Shown here in pieces: positions 18,412 through 29,700 of a stretch of DNA of 64,000 nucleotides. The stretch is from Salinimicrobium sp. (GTDB lineage Archaea; Thermoplasmatota; Poseidoniia; Poseidoniales; Poseidoniaceae). Position numbers and translations under genes: made by a program. Under the pieces are notes generated by a model that was given only the letters and a program-made list of their open reading frames with translations, ran no database searches and was not told the origin of the DNA. Positions within the stretch are counted from its first letter, which is position 1. Every line of letters starts with the position of its first letter. The stretch covers positions 17,936-81,935 of the forward strand of contig CAXRAI010000015.1 in assembly GCA_964228865.1 (NCBI GenBank). Direction: 5' to 3'.

Positions 18412-19947
18412 ATGGGCACCTGCCCACACTGTCGTGCGGTCACGCTGCCCGGCGATGCCGTTTGCTACACATGCGGCCGATTTCTGAAAGGTGAAGGCAA
18501 GTCGTACTCCATGCCGAACGCCCCGAAAAAGCGCGGCATCGTGGTGGACCAAAAGGGACGCACGCGGAACATCATGAAGCGACGCCGAAACCGCCAACGG
18601 TCGGTCTTCATGTTGGCGTTCGTGATCTTTGCATTTTTGTCCCCACAAGCCCGCGAAGCAGCCTTTGGAACGGTGGACAACCTCGACGAGTACCTCGCGC
18701 AATTGCTCCAAGGGCCTTTGATTTACCCTCAAGAAGCGGACTTCGGGATCCAACGTGACTATGAGGTTGAAAACAACCTCGGACGGCCAGGATTCCTGCT
18801 CGAAACCGTCCGACTGCCACTGGAACTGACCAGCGCGTACGGCATGCCAACCGCCATCGATGGTTCAACGCCAATGGTCGTGCAGGCGCCTGAATCCTTC
18901 ATCGTGACCGTCCAAGGTGAAAGTGTGAACGTTCCGTTGGACGGAAGTACGCTCGAACGGGACAACGCTTGGACTTCCATCCAAGGACACGAGGTGTGGT
19001 GGCCGAGTCAAGCGGAGGGCGATCAGGAACACTGCTCCATTGCAGCGTGCGTCAAGATCCGCCTCAACATGGGACCCGGCGACGTGGTGGCCTTCAGCAC
19101 GGTCGCGAACGTGGCCGTCAAGAGTTACACGTGGTGGGACCACGACAGCGTCAATGGTCGACTTCCAGGCGGCACGACGGGCATTAACCTCGAACGGTCA
19201 GGAAGTTTTGACGATCTCGTCAACCGCAGGGATGGCTTGCGCGTCAGCGAATTCAGCGATGACAAGTGGTACAACCTTGGCTCGTACGAGAACGGGACTT
19301 CCCGTGGCCACGCCATCGATTCCACCGCTCAAATCGTTCAAGAAACGGCCGATCTCATCGCCATGCGCCTTCCCGAAGGACGGCAAGACAACGTCTACGC
19401 CTTCGCCCGCGCCACCTTCGACTGGATGCATGAGAACGTCCCCTACGACGATGAGGCCTTGACCACGCCACGGTCCGGACCCACCTGCTTGGCCGACGGG
19501 CTGGGGGATTGCGACGAACAAACCAACGCGTTTTTGTCCATCCTGAGGACCAAAGGCATACCTGGCTGGTTTGTTTTCGGCGCCTTGGTGGATCCACTCA
19601 GCTTCACCACATGGGAATTGCACGCATGGGGCTACATCATGCTCCCTCTTGACGAAGAGTGGTGCACCGCCAACGCGATCGAGGCCAACGATTGCTTTGT
19701 GGAGGCCAGCGTCGACGTCGTGAACAACAAGTGGTTGCTTCACACCACCAACGCCTACGTGGACTGGATGGAGGAAGCAGATCCCACTGGCAACGCCATC
19801 GCCTCCGCCTACCAGAGCACCATCTTTACGAAAGCCCTCAACGGAGAAACACCCATCGAAAGGAGCATGCTGATCAGCACCGCTGAAGGCATCCAATTGA
19901 ACGGTGGTTCCTACAGCATCAACAAACTCTCTGAGGACCTGAGGTGA
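18412..19947 (+). CDS. transglutaminase-like cysteine-protease-fold protein with N-terminal zinc ribbon and TM anchor
   Basis: 511 aa. CPHC-x12-CYTC ribbon at the N-terminus, then a TM segment (VFMLAFVIFAFL). The core reads GLGDCDEQTNAFLSILRTKGIPGWF ... ELHAWGYIML, giving the Cys and His of the transglutaminase triad. Confidence 0.7.
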   Translation: MGTCPHCRAVTLPGDAVCYTCGRFLKGEGKSYSMPNAPKKRGIVVDQKGRTRNIMKRRRNRQRSVFMLAFVIFAFLSPQAREAAFGTVDNLDEYLAQLLQGPLIYPQEADFGIQRDYEVENNLGRPGFLLETVRLPLELTSAYGMPTAIDGSTPMVVQAPESFIVTVQGESVNVPLDGSTLERDNAWTSIQGHEVWWPSQAEGDQEHCSIAACVKIRLNMGPGDVVAFSTVANVAVKSYTWWDHDSVNGRLPGGTTGINLERSGSFDDLVNRRDGLRVSEFSDDKWYNLGSYENGTSRGHAIDSTAQIVQETADLIAMRLPEGRQDNVYAFARATFDWMHENVPYDDEALTTPRSGPTCLADGLGDCDEQTNAFLSILRTKGIPGWFVFGALVDPLSFTTWELHAWGYIMLPLDEEWCTANAIEANDCFVEASVDVVNNKWLLHTTNAYVDWMEEADPTGNAIASAYQSTIFTKALNGETPIERSMLISTAEGIQLNGGSYSINKLSEDLR

Positions 19948-19951
19948 TGAC

Positions 19952-21370
19952 ATGCTGGTGGTGATTGCAGGAGCGGGCCGCGTCGGTTTGGGCTTGGCTG
20001 AAGCCCTCATCAAAGAACAAAAGAACGACGTTGTTCTTCTCGACATGAATTCGAGGGCCGTCAAAAACGCACAAGCCTTCGACATGCTCGTGCTCCACGG
20101 CGACATGCTCGACCGTCAAGCCCTGATCGAAGCAGGGATCGAACGTGCTGATGTCTTCATCGCCGCCACGGACAAAGACGACAGAAACGTTCTCGCCTGT
20201 GGTTTGGCCAAACACCTGCACGAACACCGTGGAGGCCAACGTGAACATCTGCTGACCATCTGTCGCATCCGAGACGAAACCATCCTCGATGAGCAGGCCC
20301 ATGGAGGGCTCAGTGCATGGGCAGAGGTGGATCGTGCCATCGACCCCATCGATGGTGCCATCAGTCGGCTTTCATCCGGAATCCGGGCATCTTCCTTCGC
20401 AGAGGTCATTCCATTCGACCATGAGGCTTACCTTGTGGAACTCGAGATCACAGAAGACTGTCGGCTGCCACTTGACGTGCCTCTCGCAGAGGTTGAGCAA
20501 GAAGCAGGCGCTCCTGTGCCTTTGCTCATTGGTCTGAAGCGCAAAGGAACGCGAAGCATGGTTCCTTCTGGCACCACGGTGCTCCGACCCGGTGACCGAA
20601 TTGCCGTGGCCACCACCGGACTCGGTTCGTTCGACGACCTTGTCCACACCTTCGGACATGACGTCCGTGCGTTCCCGGCTCAGCCAAAGGTCGTCGTCGT
20701 CGGAGGGTCAACGCTGGGCCTCCGCATTGCAGCACACTGGCTGGACGAAGGGGCACATGTGATGATCGTCGAGGGTGATCTGCAAACGGCCAATGCCATC
20801 TCTGGCCACAGGATTGGAGGCCATCCAGAACTTGAGGTCATCCACGGCGACCACGTGTCCAGGGAAACCATGGAAGAAGTGGGCATGGGCGGCATGGACG
20901 TTGCCGTTGGGGCCTTAGATGACGACCACGCCAACATCGCTGCGATGTTGTTTGCCATGGACCTCGGCGTCCCCAACACTGGGCTCATCCTGAACGACAA
21001 CGACCTGGTTCACGTCGTGCAACGCATGGGCATCAGTTTCTCTGTGGACATCACGCGCGTGGCGGTCGACGAATTGCTCACCCTCGTTCACCGAAAGTTG
21101 GCAGGACATTACGCGGTCCTTTCTACGATTCCAAACGTGGTCGGCGTCACGCACGAAGTCACGAAGGCAGCGAAATTCTGTGGACGACGCATCCGCGAAG
21201 GAGGCTTCCCAGATTGGATGCGCATCGCCTTCATCCAGCGGAGCGATTCACACGGTCGATGGTCGTCACACGACCCCCATCCAGATGAGACCTTGATCGA
21301 ACATGACCGTTTGATCATCTTCACGTCCCCCGACCACGTCGCAGATGTGGAGAAAAAATTCCGGGTGTGA
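19952..21370 (+). CDS. trkA: Trk potassium uptake system NAD-binding subunit TrkA (two RCK modules)
   Basis: 472 aa. MLVVIAGAGRVGLGLA and a second VVVGGSTLGLRIA Rossmann motif are seen. It is followed 3 nt later by trkH. Confidence 0.85.
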   Translation: MLVVIAGAGRVGLGLAEALIKEQKNDVVLLDMNSRAVKNAQAFDMLVLHGDMLDRQALIEAGIERADVFIAATDKDDRNVLACGLAKHLHEHRGGQREHLLTICRIRDETILDEQAHGGLSAWAEVDRAIDPIDGAISRLSSGIRASSFAEVIPFDHEAYLVELEITEDCRLPLDVPLAEVEQEAGAPVPLLIGLKRKGTRSMVPSGTTVLRPGDRIAVATTGLGSFDDLVHTFGHDVRAFPAQPKVVVVGGSTLGLRIAAHWLDEGAHVMIVEGDLQTANAISGHRIGGHPELEVIHGDHVSRETMEEVGMGGMDVAVGALDDDHANIAAMLFAMDLGVPNTGLILNDNDLVHVVQRMGISFSVDITRVAVDELLTLVHRKLAGHYAVLSTIPNVVGVTHEVTKAAKFCGRRIREGGFPDWMRIAFIQRSDSHGRWSSHDPHPDETLIEHDRLIIFTSPDHVADVEKKFRV

Positions 21371-21373
21371 TGC

Positions 21374-22984
21374 ATGCGTTGGGACGTGCTCTACCTCATC
21401 CTTGGCTGGACCGTGGGCGCGCTCACGGTACCGTTGGTTCTGGTCGGCATCGCCACGGCTTTCCTTGACGACGTTGAGATGGCCCTTGTCGCCTTCCTCC
21501 CATCGACAATGCTCGCCATGGGGTCAAGTTGGTTGATGCTCCGATATGGAACGACACCGGAGACAGCCGACCGCTTACGTGACCGCGAAGCCTTTGCTAC
21601 CGTGGCTTTGGCCTACCCCGTGGTCGTGGCCTTTGGGGCCATGCCGTTCTGGTTGGGTGGCATGTTCCATGGGCCGTTCACCGAGGGCGTCACCTTCCTG
21701 ACCGCCATGGAAGGCCTGATTCACTCCGGTTTCGAAGCCATGTCTGGTTTTACCACCACGGGAACGACCATCATCGATGTCTCCACCTCACCCAACTGTT
21801 TCGTGACCACGGAAGACTGCATTGGCTCCCAATCCCGTGGCCTCCTTCTCTGGCGCTCAACCATGCAATGGCTGGGAGGCATGGGGGTCATCATGCTCAG
21901 CATGGTGGTGCTGTCTCGCGTGTTGGGGGGTGGAATGGCCCTTGCTCGCGCGGAATTGACGGGGCCATCCCTCTCTCGGCTTCGTCCGAAGCTGGCCCAA
22001 ACCGCCCAGGCGCTGTGGATCATGTACCTCGTTCTGACGGTGCTTGAGATCCTTCTGCTCATCGGATTGACGCCGATGAACACCTTCGAGGCGATCAACC
22101 ACGGATTGACGACGATGCCAAGCGGTGGCTTTTCCACCACCGACGACAGCATTGGACATTGGGATTCGGCCGCCTTGGAGTCCATCATTCTCGTCTTCAT
22201 GTTCCTGGCTGGCGTGAACTTCACGCTGCTCTACTTCATCGTCCAACGCCAACCCGGTAAAATGTGGGCGGATGAGGAATTCAAGACCTACATCGCCTAC
22301 TTGGCCGGTGCCACGGCCATCATCACGTCCGCGTTGTACCTCAAGGGTGGCGACATCGGCAGCGAACCACTGAGAAAATCCCTCTTCCAAGTGGTGGCCA
22401 TCGCCACGTCCACGGGATACGGCACGGCCGATTACATGCTTTGGCCCGTCATCGCTCAGATCGTCATTCTGATGCTCATGGTGGTCGGGGCCTCTGCGGG
22501 ATCAACGGCAGGTGGGCTCAAACTGCTCCGCATCAGCCTCGCGGTCAAAGTTGCGCGCCGTCAATTGTACCGACTGACGCATCCAAGGCGCATCCACACC
22601 GTCCGGATGAACGGTGAACAAGTCGAACAAGAGCAAGTGGAACTGATCGTGGGAATGCTGCTGGTATGGATCTTGCTTTTCGCGGGTGCGTCGCTGCTCA
22701 TGGCCCTCATCATGGCACCGATGGGTGCCGATTTGGACGTGCTTTCCGTCATTGGCGTGGTGGCCAGCGCTTTGGGCAACACAGGTCCAGCGATGGGTGA
22801 ATTTGGCCCGTCCGTCACGTGGGCGGCGATGCCCAACGGCGGCCTGATCTTGACGGCGATCCTCATGTGGTTCGGTCGTCTTGAGTTGCTGACCGCAGTG
22901 ATTTTGTTCGCTCCGTCCACGTGGCGTGAGCCCGGTGCTCGCAAGAAAGAGGCCGAAGAAGACGATCAGAACAGCGTGGTTTGA
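21374..22984 (+). CDS. trkH: Trk potassium transporter membrane subunit TrkH
   Basis: 536 aa, polytopic. Pore-loop glycine motifs are seen: SGFTTTGTT, MPSGGFST, TSTGYGTAD, LGNTGPAMG. Confidence 0.85.
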   Translation: MRWDVLYLILGWTVGALTVPLVLVGIATAFLDDVEMALVAFLPSTMLAMGSSWLMLRYGTTPETADRLRDREAFATVALAYPVVVAFGAMPFWLGGMFHGPFTEGVTFLTAMEGLIHSGFEAMSGFTTTGTTIIDVSTSPNCFVTTEDCIGSQSRGLLLWRSTMQWLGGMGVIMLSMVVLSRVLGGGMALARAELTGPSLSRLRPKLAQTAQALWIMYLVLTVLEILLLIGLTPMNTFEAINHGLTTMPSGGFSTTDDSIGHWDSAALESIILVFMFLAGVNFTLLYFIVQRQPGKMWADEEFKTYIAYLAGATAIITSALYLKGGDIGSEPLRKSLFQVVAIATSTGYGTADYMLWPVIAQIVILMLMVVGASAGSTAGGLKLLRISLAVKVARRQLYRLTHPRRIHTVRMNGEQVEQEQVELIVGMLLVWILLFAGASLLMALIMAPMGADLDVLSVIGVVASALGNTGPAMGEFGPSVTWAAMPNGGLILTAILMWFGRLELLTAVILFAPSTWREPGARKKEAEEDDQNSVV

Positions 22985-24498
22985 CCTGCAGCAGGTGTTG
23001 TGCCGGCGTCGTCGGTCTCACCGGTCTCGGTATCGTTCTCCTGCTCGGTGGCTGACGTGGGGGGTGGTGATGGGGTCGCATCGTTGTGCTGTAGACGCTC
23101 GCTGAGCACCTCATCGTAGCGAAGCATGAGGTCTTTCGCTGAGCGTCGGCTTGTCGCGAGGCCCGTCAGCGCAACGTGTTCATTCGAGCTTAAACCCAGC
23201 CCGATGGACATGTCGAGGTGTTCGTGATCACCCATGCTGCCTTCTGCGCTCAAGCCTGACGACAGGATGGGGAGAAGTTCTGCCCTCATGCCGACGACGC
23301 TTGCTCCACATGCATCGGCCAAGGCTTCTGCCACCGATGCGGTCCGGCTCGCTGTACGTCGAAGATGAGCAGGATAATTCGTGTAGATTTTTTTCTGCAC
23401 GGGATCGCTGTTGGCCACCGATGCGGCAAGACTGCTCAAGTGGAGGGACCAGTATGAGGAACGGTGTGCCGTGCTCAGGTAGCGCGATGCAGCGGCACGA
23501 TCGGCCAGGGTCAAGCTGGATGCCGCACGTTGGCGTGAGGCTGCTTGGGTGAAGACGGAACCGTTGTTCCAATGCACCCAATCCACAAGTTCAGCCGGAT
23601 CCTTGTCCAGGCTTGAGGCATGACGCACCGCATCTTCTGCCGTACGGGATTGGTAGACGGCCCCGAGCCCAGGAAACACGCCCATGGTCAAATCCCGCCC
23701 TCCGCTCTCGATTCGGCCCATGACCACCTCTGCGGTGAGCACCCGGTCAAACCCTTCACACAGCACCTGAAGGTCCCGCACCAGTGCGCGAAGATCACCA
23801 GGATTGTGTTTCACGAGAAGGTCCAGTGCCTCTCCGTCGAAGGTGACGCCCTCTTCCCGCAGCACCCGCCGAGCGATGCGCCGGATGGCGTCGTTGGAGA
23901 CACGGTCGAAATTCAAGGTCATCACATGGCGAGAAAATCGGTCGCGGGTTGACCGCCAAGATGAGCCAGAACCCCAAAGACGCATGACGTCATTGCACGC
24001 CAGCACAACGGGTTGGCTTGTTTTCTCCAACAATCGAAGCAGTTCTGCCTTGCCTCCTGAATCGCCCTTCAAGGCCTCGTTGTCGTCTTCGTCCATCAGT
24101 TGACCACGAACACGCGCATCACTCACGGCGCGGAGTCCGCCAGAGAGGTGGTCCACCTCATCCAACAAAATCAGGGTCCGCTGCGCGGGTTCATTCGGGT
24201 CATGGAACAATGAACGATGGGTTGCACCGTGGGTGGCTGCTCTTCGGATGGCTGCGGCGTTGCGGTCGTCCGAGGCATTGAGCTCGATGACGCTCCAACC
24301 CATGTCCGCTGCGACCGCGCGAACCACGGAGGTCTTGCCAACCCCAGGAGGACCAACAAGCAACACGCCTGGGCGCTTCGGCCGGCCTGTTCGCCATTCC
24401 TCGAGCCATTCACGAAGCTTGCTTCGTTGGGCATCGTTGCCTTCGAGCTGCCGTTCGGACGATGGGCGATGCCGCTCCGTCCAATCGCTCACGGGCAT
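22966..24498 (-). CDS. rfcL: replication factor C large subunit
   Basis: The track ORF reaches 24603. I start at the ATG at 24498 (MPVSDWTERHRP) so that it clears the GlyRS stop at 24536. Walker A is LLVGPPGVGKTS and Walker B is LILLDEVD. The acidic C-terminal tail ends in QTTLF, which resembles a PCNA-interaction motif. Confidence 0.85.
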   Translation of the reverse strand: MPVSDWTERHRPSSERQLEGNDAQRSKLREWLEEWRTGRPKRPGVLLVGPPGVGKTSVVRAVAADMGWSVIELNASDDRNAAAIRRAATHGATHRSLFHDPNEPAQRTLILLDEVDHLSGGLRAVSDARVRGQLMDEDDNEALKGDSGGKAELLRLLEKTSQPVVLACNDVMRLWGSGSSWRSTRDRFSRHVMTLNFDRVSNDAIRRIARRVLREEGVTFDGEALDLLVKHNPGDLRALVRDLQVLCEGFDRVLTAEVVMGRIESGGRDLTMGVFPGLGAVYQSRTAEDAVRHASSLDKDPAELVDWVHWNNGSVFTQAASRQRAASSLTLADRAAASRYLSTAHRSSYWSLHLSSLAASVANSDPVQKKIYTNYPAHLRRTASRTASVAEALADACGASVVGMRAELLPILSSGLSAEGSMGDHEHLDMSIGLGLSSNEHVALTGLATSRRSAKDLMLRYDEVLSERLQHNDATPSPPPTSATEQENDTETGETDDAGTTPAAGQTTLF

Positions 24499-24535
24499 GT
24501 CGTTCCTGCGTGTGCGACGGTGTATCAACCCGCCG

Positions 24536-26254
24536 TCAGAAACGGGCTGCAAGACGGGCAACAGCGTCATCGATGGACAAACGCGTTTGTTCCCCGCTGT
24601 CACGGTCCCGCCACGTGACGGTGCCGTCTTCCAGCGAGGTGTGATCGACGGTCAAACAGCATGGGATACCGATTTCATCGGCCCGGGCGTACCTTCTCCC
24701 GATGGAACCGCTTCCGTCGTAGGTCGCCAGAACACCCCGAATTCCACACAGCGTGCGATGAACCTCAGAGGCCAAGGTGTCCATGCCCTCCTTTTCGAAA
24801 AGGGGCAAAACGGCTGCGTCGATGGGGGCAACATCTGGATGCAAGCCCATGCGAACGTACAGGTCTTCGCCCGTCCCTGATTCTTCGTAGGCGTGGTCCA
24901 GCAAGTGCCAGATGATGCGGTCAATACCAAACGCAGGCTCGACCACATGGGGAATGAACCACTCCCCTGCGACGGTTTCCGTCCGCTGGACACGCTTGAC
25001 GTGCTCGGATTCCACGGTGACCTCCTCACCTCCCTCAAGCACGAGGGTGAGGGGGAAGGCAGCATCTGGACCGAGTGCTTCGATTTTGGTTTTGACTTGG
25101 CCTGCCAAGGCACGGAAGGCTGGACCAGCCTTGGCCCCGTCGATGGTCCATCCGTTGAGTTCCACCACCTTCGGCTCAGGATAGTTCCTCCAAGCGCGCA
25201 ACCGCTGTCCTGTGGCGCGTTCGTGGGCTTCAAGGTCGTAGCATCCACGGTGGGCAATGCCCACGCATTCAACCCAACCGTAGGAGCCGTGAAGTTCAAC
25301 GTCCCAGCAGTCGAGGGCATAATGCGCCATTTCGTCGCGCGCATGTTGACGGAAGCGGAGTTTTTCTTCATCCACGCCGAGGGACATCATCAGGTCGTGC
25401 GTGCGTGCCATGAACCATGCCACCGTTGGATGCAGAATGATGCCCTTGGCCAGTGCCTCGGGGATTGTGGCCACAAAGGGATCGCCTTCGGCCGGGACGA
25501 GGTGCACGTTGGTCGAGGCCCAGACGCCGAAATCGTGGGGCGCCTCGGCTTCTGGGTCGATGAAATACTCCAACTCAGCCATGTTGAACTCACGCAGACG
25601 AATCATGCCTTGACGGGGTGAAATTTCGTTCCTGTAACCACGGCCAAGTTGCATGGCTCCGAAAGGCAAGCGTTCACGGAAATGGCGGTAAATGGCAGGA
25701 TAGGTCGTGAACATGCCCTGCGCGGTCTCCGGCCGCAAAAAGGCTGCACGACCGGACGAACCTGCACCAATGACGGTGTCAAACATCAGGTTCTCTGCCA
25801 CGACAGGCGACCAGGACTGCTCACCGCATGCTGGACACGCCGGCTGAACGTCATTGAGCAACGCTTGGAGATCGCTCATGGACAAAGCATCAGGGTTCGG
25901 ATGATGTGGCTCGAGGAGGGTATCCGCCCTGCTCGCTTCATCGCACGCCGTGCAAACGGTCATGAAATCACTGAACTCGGCCACGTGACCGCTGGCTTCG
26001 AGCACCGAAAATGGCGTGACGGTGGGGCAGGAGATTTCGACGACATCACCTTGGCTGAGCCAATGATCCCGCCAGACGGATTGGACCTTGGACCTCAACC
26101 GTCCACCAACCGGTCCAAAATCGTAGAGCCCTTTGGCCCCGCCATGGATCTCAAACGCAGGAAGGATCACCCCGCGACGGCGCAGCATACCGGTCAGACG
26201 TTCCAACCGCTCCACGGACGCCTGCGCCTCCACCATGTTGAGTGGCTCGTTCAT
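24536..26254 (-). CDS. glyS: glycyl-tRNA synthetase (archaeal/eukaryal dimeric type)
   Basis: LRRRGVILPAFEIHGGAKGLYDFGPVGGRL, GRGYRNEISPRQGMIRLREFNMAELEYF (motif 2), and a C-terminal anticodon-binding domain are seen. The start is ambiguous (26323, 26254 or 26236); I chose 26254. Confidence 0.9.
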   Translation of the reverse strand: MNEPLNMVEAQASVERLERLTGMLRRRGVILPAFEIHGGAKGLYDFGPVGGRLRSKVQSVWRDHWLSQGDVVEISCPTVTPFSVLEASGHVAEFSDFMTVCTACDEASRADTLLEPHHPNPDALSMSDLQALLNDVQPACPACGEQSWSPVVAENLMFDTVIGAGSSGRAAFLRPETAQGMFTTYPAIYRHFRERLPFGAMQLGRGYRNEISPRQGMIRLREFNMAELEYFIDPEAEAPHDFGVWASTNVHLVPAEGDPFVATIPEALAKGIILHPTVAWFMARTHDLMMSLGVDEEKLRFRQHARDEMAHYALDCWDVELHGSYGWVECVGIAHRGCYDLEAHERATGQRLRAWRNYPEPKVVELNGWTIDGAKAGPAFRALAGQVKTKIEALGPDAAFPLTLVLEGGEEVTVESEHVKRVQRTETVAGEWFIPHVVEPAFGIDRIIWHLLDHAYEESGTGEDLYVRMGLHPDVAPIDAAVLPLFEKEGMDTLASEVHRTLCGIRGVLATYDGSGSIGRRYARADEIGIPCCLTVDHTSLEDGTVTWRDRDSGEQTRLSIDDAVARLAARF

Positions 26255-26325
26255 GAGCCCTTCAACCCCTCGGCCAAATTTGGGCTGTGGGCAGGACTCA
26301 AAAGGTCGGAGGCCGACCTCCAACC

Positions 26326-26640
26326 ATGGGACAGGCCATGGTCGGCATCACCGATTCGGCGTGCACGGGTTGTGACCTGTGCATCCCGTTTTGTCCCTTT
26401 GAAGCCCTGTTGCCTTTGGCTGAAAACCCGGGCGACAGGGCCCATCCAAAGCGGCCCGTTGTGGTCGTGGAAGCAGCCTGCGTTGGGTGTTTGTCGTGCA
26501 TCGGATCCTGTCCAACAGGAGCACTTCACGAGGTGGGTCTGCCTCCAAACAACGAGACGTCGCCTCTCCTCCACCCGCCATCCGCTCCTTCAACAACCCC
26601 TGTCCTCCGTTGGGGACGGCGTGGAATCGGCTGGCCTTGA
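26326..26640 (+). CDS. 2x[4Fe-4S] ferredoxin
   Basis: Two canonical cluster motifs, CTGCDLCIPFCP and CVGCLSCIGSCP. The start was moved to the internal ATG at 26326 (track ORF starts at 26287). Divergent from glyS. Confidence 0.7.
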   Translation: MGQAMVGITDSACTGCDLCIPFCPFEALLPLAENPGDRAHPKRPVVVVEAACVGCLSCIGSCPTGALHEVGLPPNNETSPLLHPPSAPSTTPVLRWGRRGIGWP

Positions 26641-26660
26641 GGCTGCACCGCGACGCCGGC

Positions 26661-26669
26661 TTTATATAA
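26661..26669 (+). promoter_or_regulatory. candidate archaeal TATA box (tttatataa) for the Lhr gene
   Basis: This is the only strong AT-rich TATA-like element in a 71-nt GC-rich intergenic gap. It is centred about 47 nt upstream of the ATG at 26712, which is consistent with a TSS about 25 nt downstream of the box and a short leader. Confidence 0.5.
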
Positions 26670-26711
26670 TGCAGATGGGCGAGGCCACGCCACGGGCGTC
26701 GTGAGAAAAAC

Positions 26712-29700
26712 ATGCCAGAAATCACCTATCTCGATTCCTTCGATGATACGGAGGTGTTGGCAGAGCGTTTGAGCGAGCCAGTCCGACGATGGTTCTTGGA
26801 CAAATTTCCTGACTTTACCGCGCCTCAGAAGATGGCCATACCCGCCATCATGAACGGAGAACACCTCCTTCTGTGCAGCCCGACAGGTTCAGGAAAAACA
26901 CTCACGGCCTTCTTGACGGTCATCGACGATTTGGTGCGTAAAGCACTCGACGGTTCGCTGAAAGACCAGGTGTATTGCATATACATCTCTCCGATCAAGG
27001 CCCTTGCGAACGACATCGAGCGGAACCTCTTGGGGCCACTTGAGGAAATCAAAGCCCGTTATCTGCCGGATCGTGCGAAGGAAATTCGTGTCGGCTTGCG
27101 GACCGGTGACACCTCTCAATCCGACCGCCAAAAGATGCTGCGAAAACCACCGCACATCCTCATCACGACCCCTGAGAGCATGGCCATCGCGGTTGGTTCC
27201 TCGAGGTTCCAGCCGATCGTTTCCCGCGTCAAGTGGATGATCATCGACGAACTGCACAGCTTGGTCCCCACCAAGCGTGGGGTTCACCTCAGCCTCACCT
27301 TGTCCTTCCTTGACACCCTTCTCAAAGATCCAGTGCAGAGGATTGGCATCTCGGCCACCATGGAGCCCCTGGATACGGTGGCCGAATACCTGGTGGCCAG
27401 CGATGACCGTGAATCCCGAGGTGAAAACCAACGTGTCATGGTGGCCAAAATCTCTGGGTCAAGGGAACTTGACCTGGACATCCTCATCACCCACCCGCGC
27501 TTCACCGACCGCTCCGTGGCCCAAACCTTGGAGGCCAACGTGGAAGCCATCGCGGACCTCATCTCCGCCCACACCACCACCCTCGTCTTCGCCAACACCA
27601 GAAAGATGACCGAAACGCTCGTGCAACGCCTTCGTCCCTTCTTGGGCGAACTCGTGGCCGGTCACCACGGTTCGATGGACAAAAACATCCGCCTCGAGGT
27701 GGAACGGAAGTTGAAACTCGGCCATCTGCGTGCTGTCGTGACCTCCTCATCGCTTGAAATGGGGATTGACATCGGCTCGGTCGACTTGGTCGTTCAGGTC
27801 GGATCACCGGGTGACATCGCCACGGCCTTGCAACGGATCGGGCGTGCAGGTCACCACGTTGGTGGCATTCCTCGTGCGCGCTTGCTGCCTTCGTCTGTGG
27901 ATGATTTGCTCGAACTCGCAGCCCTTCAGGCCGCCATACAAACCGGCGACATGGACCGTTTGTCCTTCCCACAGAACTGCCTTGACGTGGTGGCGCAGTT
28001 CCTCATTGGTTTGGTCATCAACGAGGAACTGGACATCGACGAGGCGTACGAAATCGTCGTGAATGCATGGAGCTACAGGAATTTTGCCTACGACGACTTC
28101 ATCGAAGTGTTGGACCTGTTGGAAGACGAGCGACGCATTTGGGTTGACTGGGAAGAGAACACCTTTGGAAAGCGTGGCTATTCTCGAATGATCTACTACA
28201 CCAACATCGGTACCATCGCCCCCGACAACTCCTACTTGGTGTTCAACGCCGAAGGTTCAATTCTCGGGAAATTGTCGTCCTCCTTCGTCGCCAGTTTGCG
28301 GACGAGTGACGTCATCCTCCTCGGCGGTTCGACGTACCGTGTCAACACCATCCAAGGCACACGGGTCAACGTCAGCAACGTCACAGGCTACCGTCCAACG
28401 GTCCCATCATGGTCCGGTGAAGCGCGCTCTCGTTCCGCAGAGTTGTCCTCATCGCTGTTGGACTTGATCGGTCGATGTGCCGTCGCCCTGCGCCGTGAGG
28501 TCGATCCACGAACGGTCCTCATGGAAGCCTACTCGCTCGGTCGTGACTCGGCCGAGATCATCGCACGCCACCTCGAGGAGCATGTCCTAACGACCTTCCA
28601 GGTGCCCGACAAAGACCGCATCTTGGTTGAGCAAATCATCGGTGGACCTCATCCCACCTACCTCATCACGACCTGCAGAGGACGCGGATTCAACACCGCG
28701 TTGGGCTACTTCATGGCCGGATTGGCAGAGCAGGCCAGCATCCCGGTCATCGAGATGTCCTTCGATGAAAACGGCCTGTTGCTGAAAACCGCCCAAGATG
28801 TGGACCCTGGCGCAATGTACGAGGCGTTCTCGGCGGGCAACCACATGGAAGTCATTGAGAGGTACATCATCGGAACCCAAATTTTCGCGAAGCGGTTCCG
28901 AGAGGTGGCTGGACGCAGCCTCATCATTCCCAAGCGGATTGGGGCCGAAGAAATCAGCCCACAGCAATTCCAACAACGTGCTGACGCCTTGCTCAACCGC
29001 CACAGGACCATGGACGGCTCCATCCTCATTCGGGAAGCCAAGAATGAGATCCTCTACGGCGACATCGACCTTGGAGGCTTGGAGCAATTCCTGACCGCGT
29101 GCCGAGAAGGGCAGGCCAGAATTGTCCACATCAGGACAACGCTGCCCAGTCGAATCGGCATGTCGCTGTACATGTCCGCCTTCGAAGACCTGATGTCCAT
29201 GCGCACCAGGGCCTTCCTGGTCAAGGACATCGACCCTGCGATCCTTGAACGCCTCCTTGGGCGTCGATCTTTGGCCACTGAGATGACCAACGAGCAGATC
29301 AGCGAGTACTACGCCAACAAGGTCCCGGTGCCAGAAAATGCCGAAACGCTGCTGGCCTTGATGGAGCACGGCGGGGGTCTCGACCGAGGCTTCGATAATC
29401 CGCTCTATAGAGAAAAACTGAGCGGCATTGACCACGAAGTCATCCGTGGTTGGGTCGAAGAATTGTGCACGGATGGCCTCATCACGAAGATCGAGGGCAC
29501 CGGCATGGAGGAACTCGACGGAAAGTGGTTCAGTTCCTACATGGGCGAAATTCACGGCACCCTCGGGTGTTTGGCAGCCAACGGTGGACGGGACGTGGAG
29601 GATTTGCTCACCCTGCACACCGCCGGCATCACCTACCGCATGGCCTCAGCATTCAACGGGACGAAGGTCGCGGCGTGGCACGACATGGAACTTGGTGACC

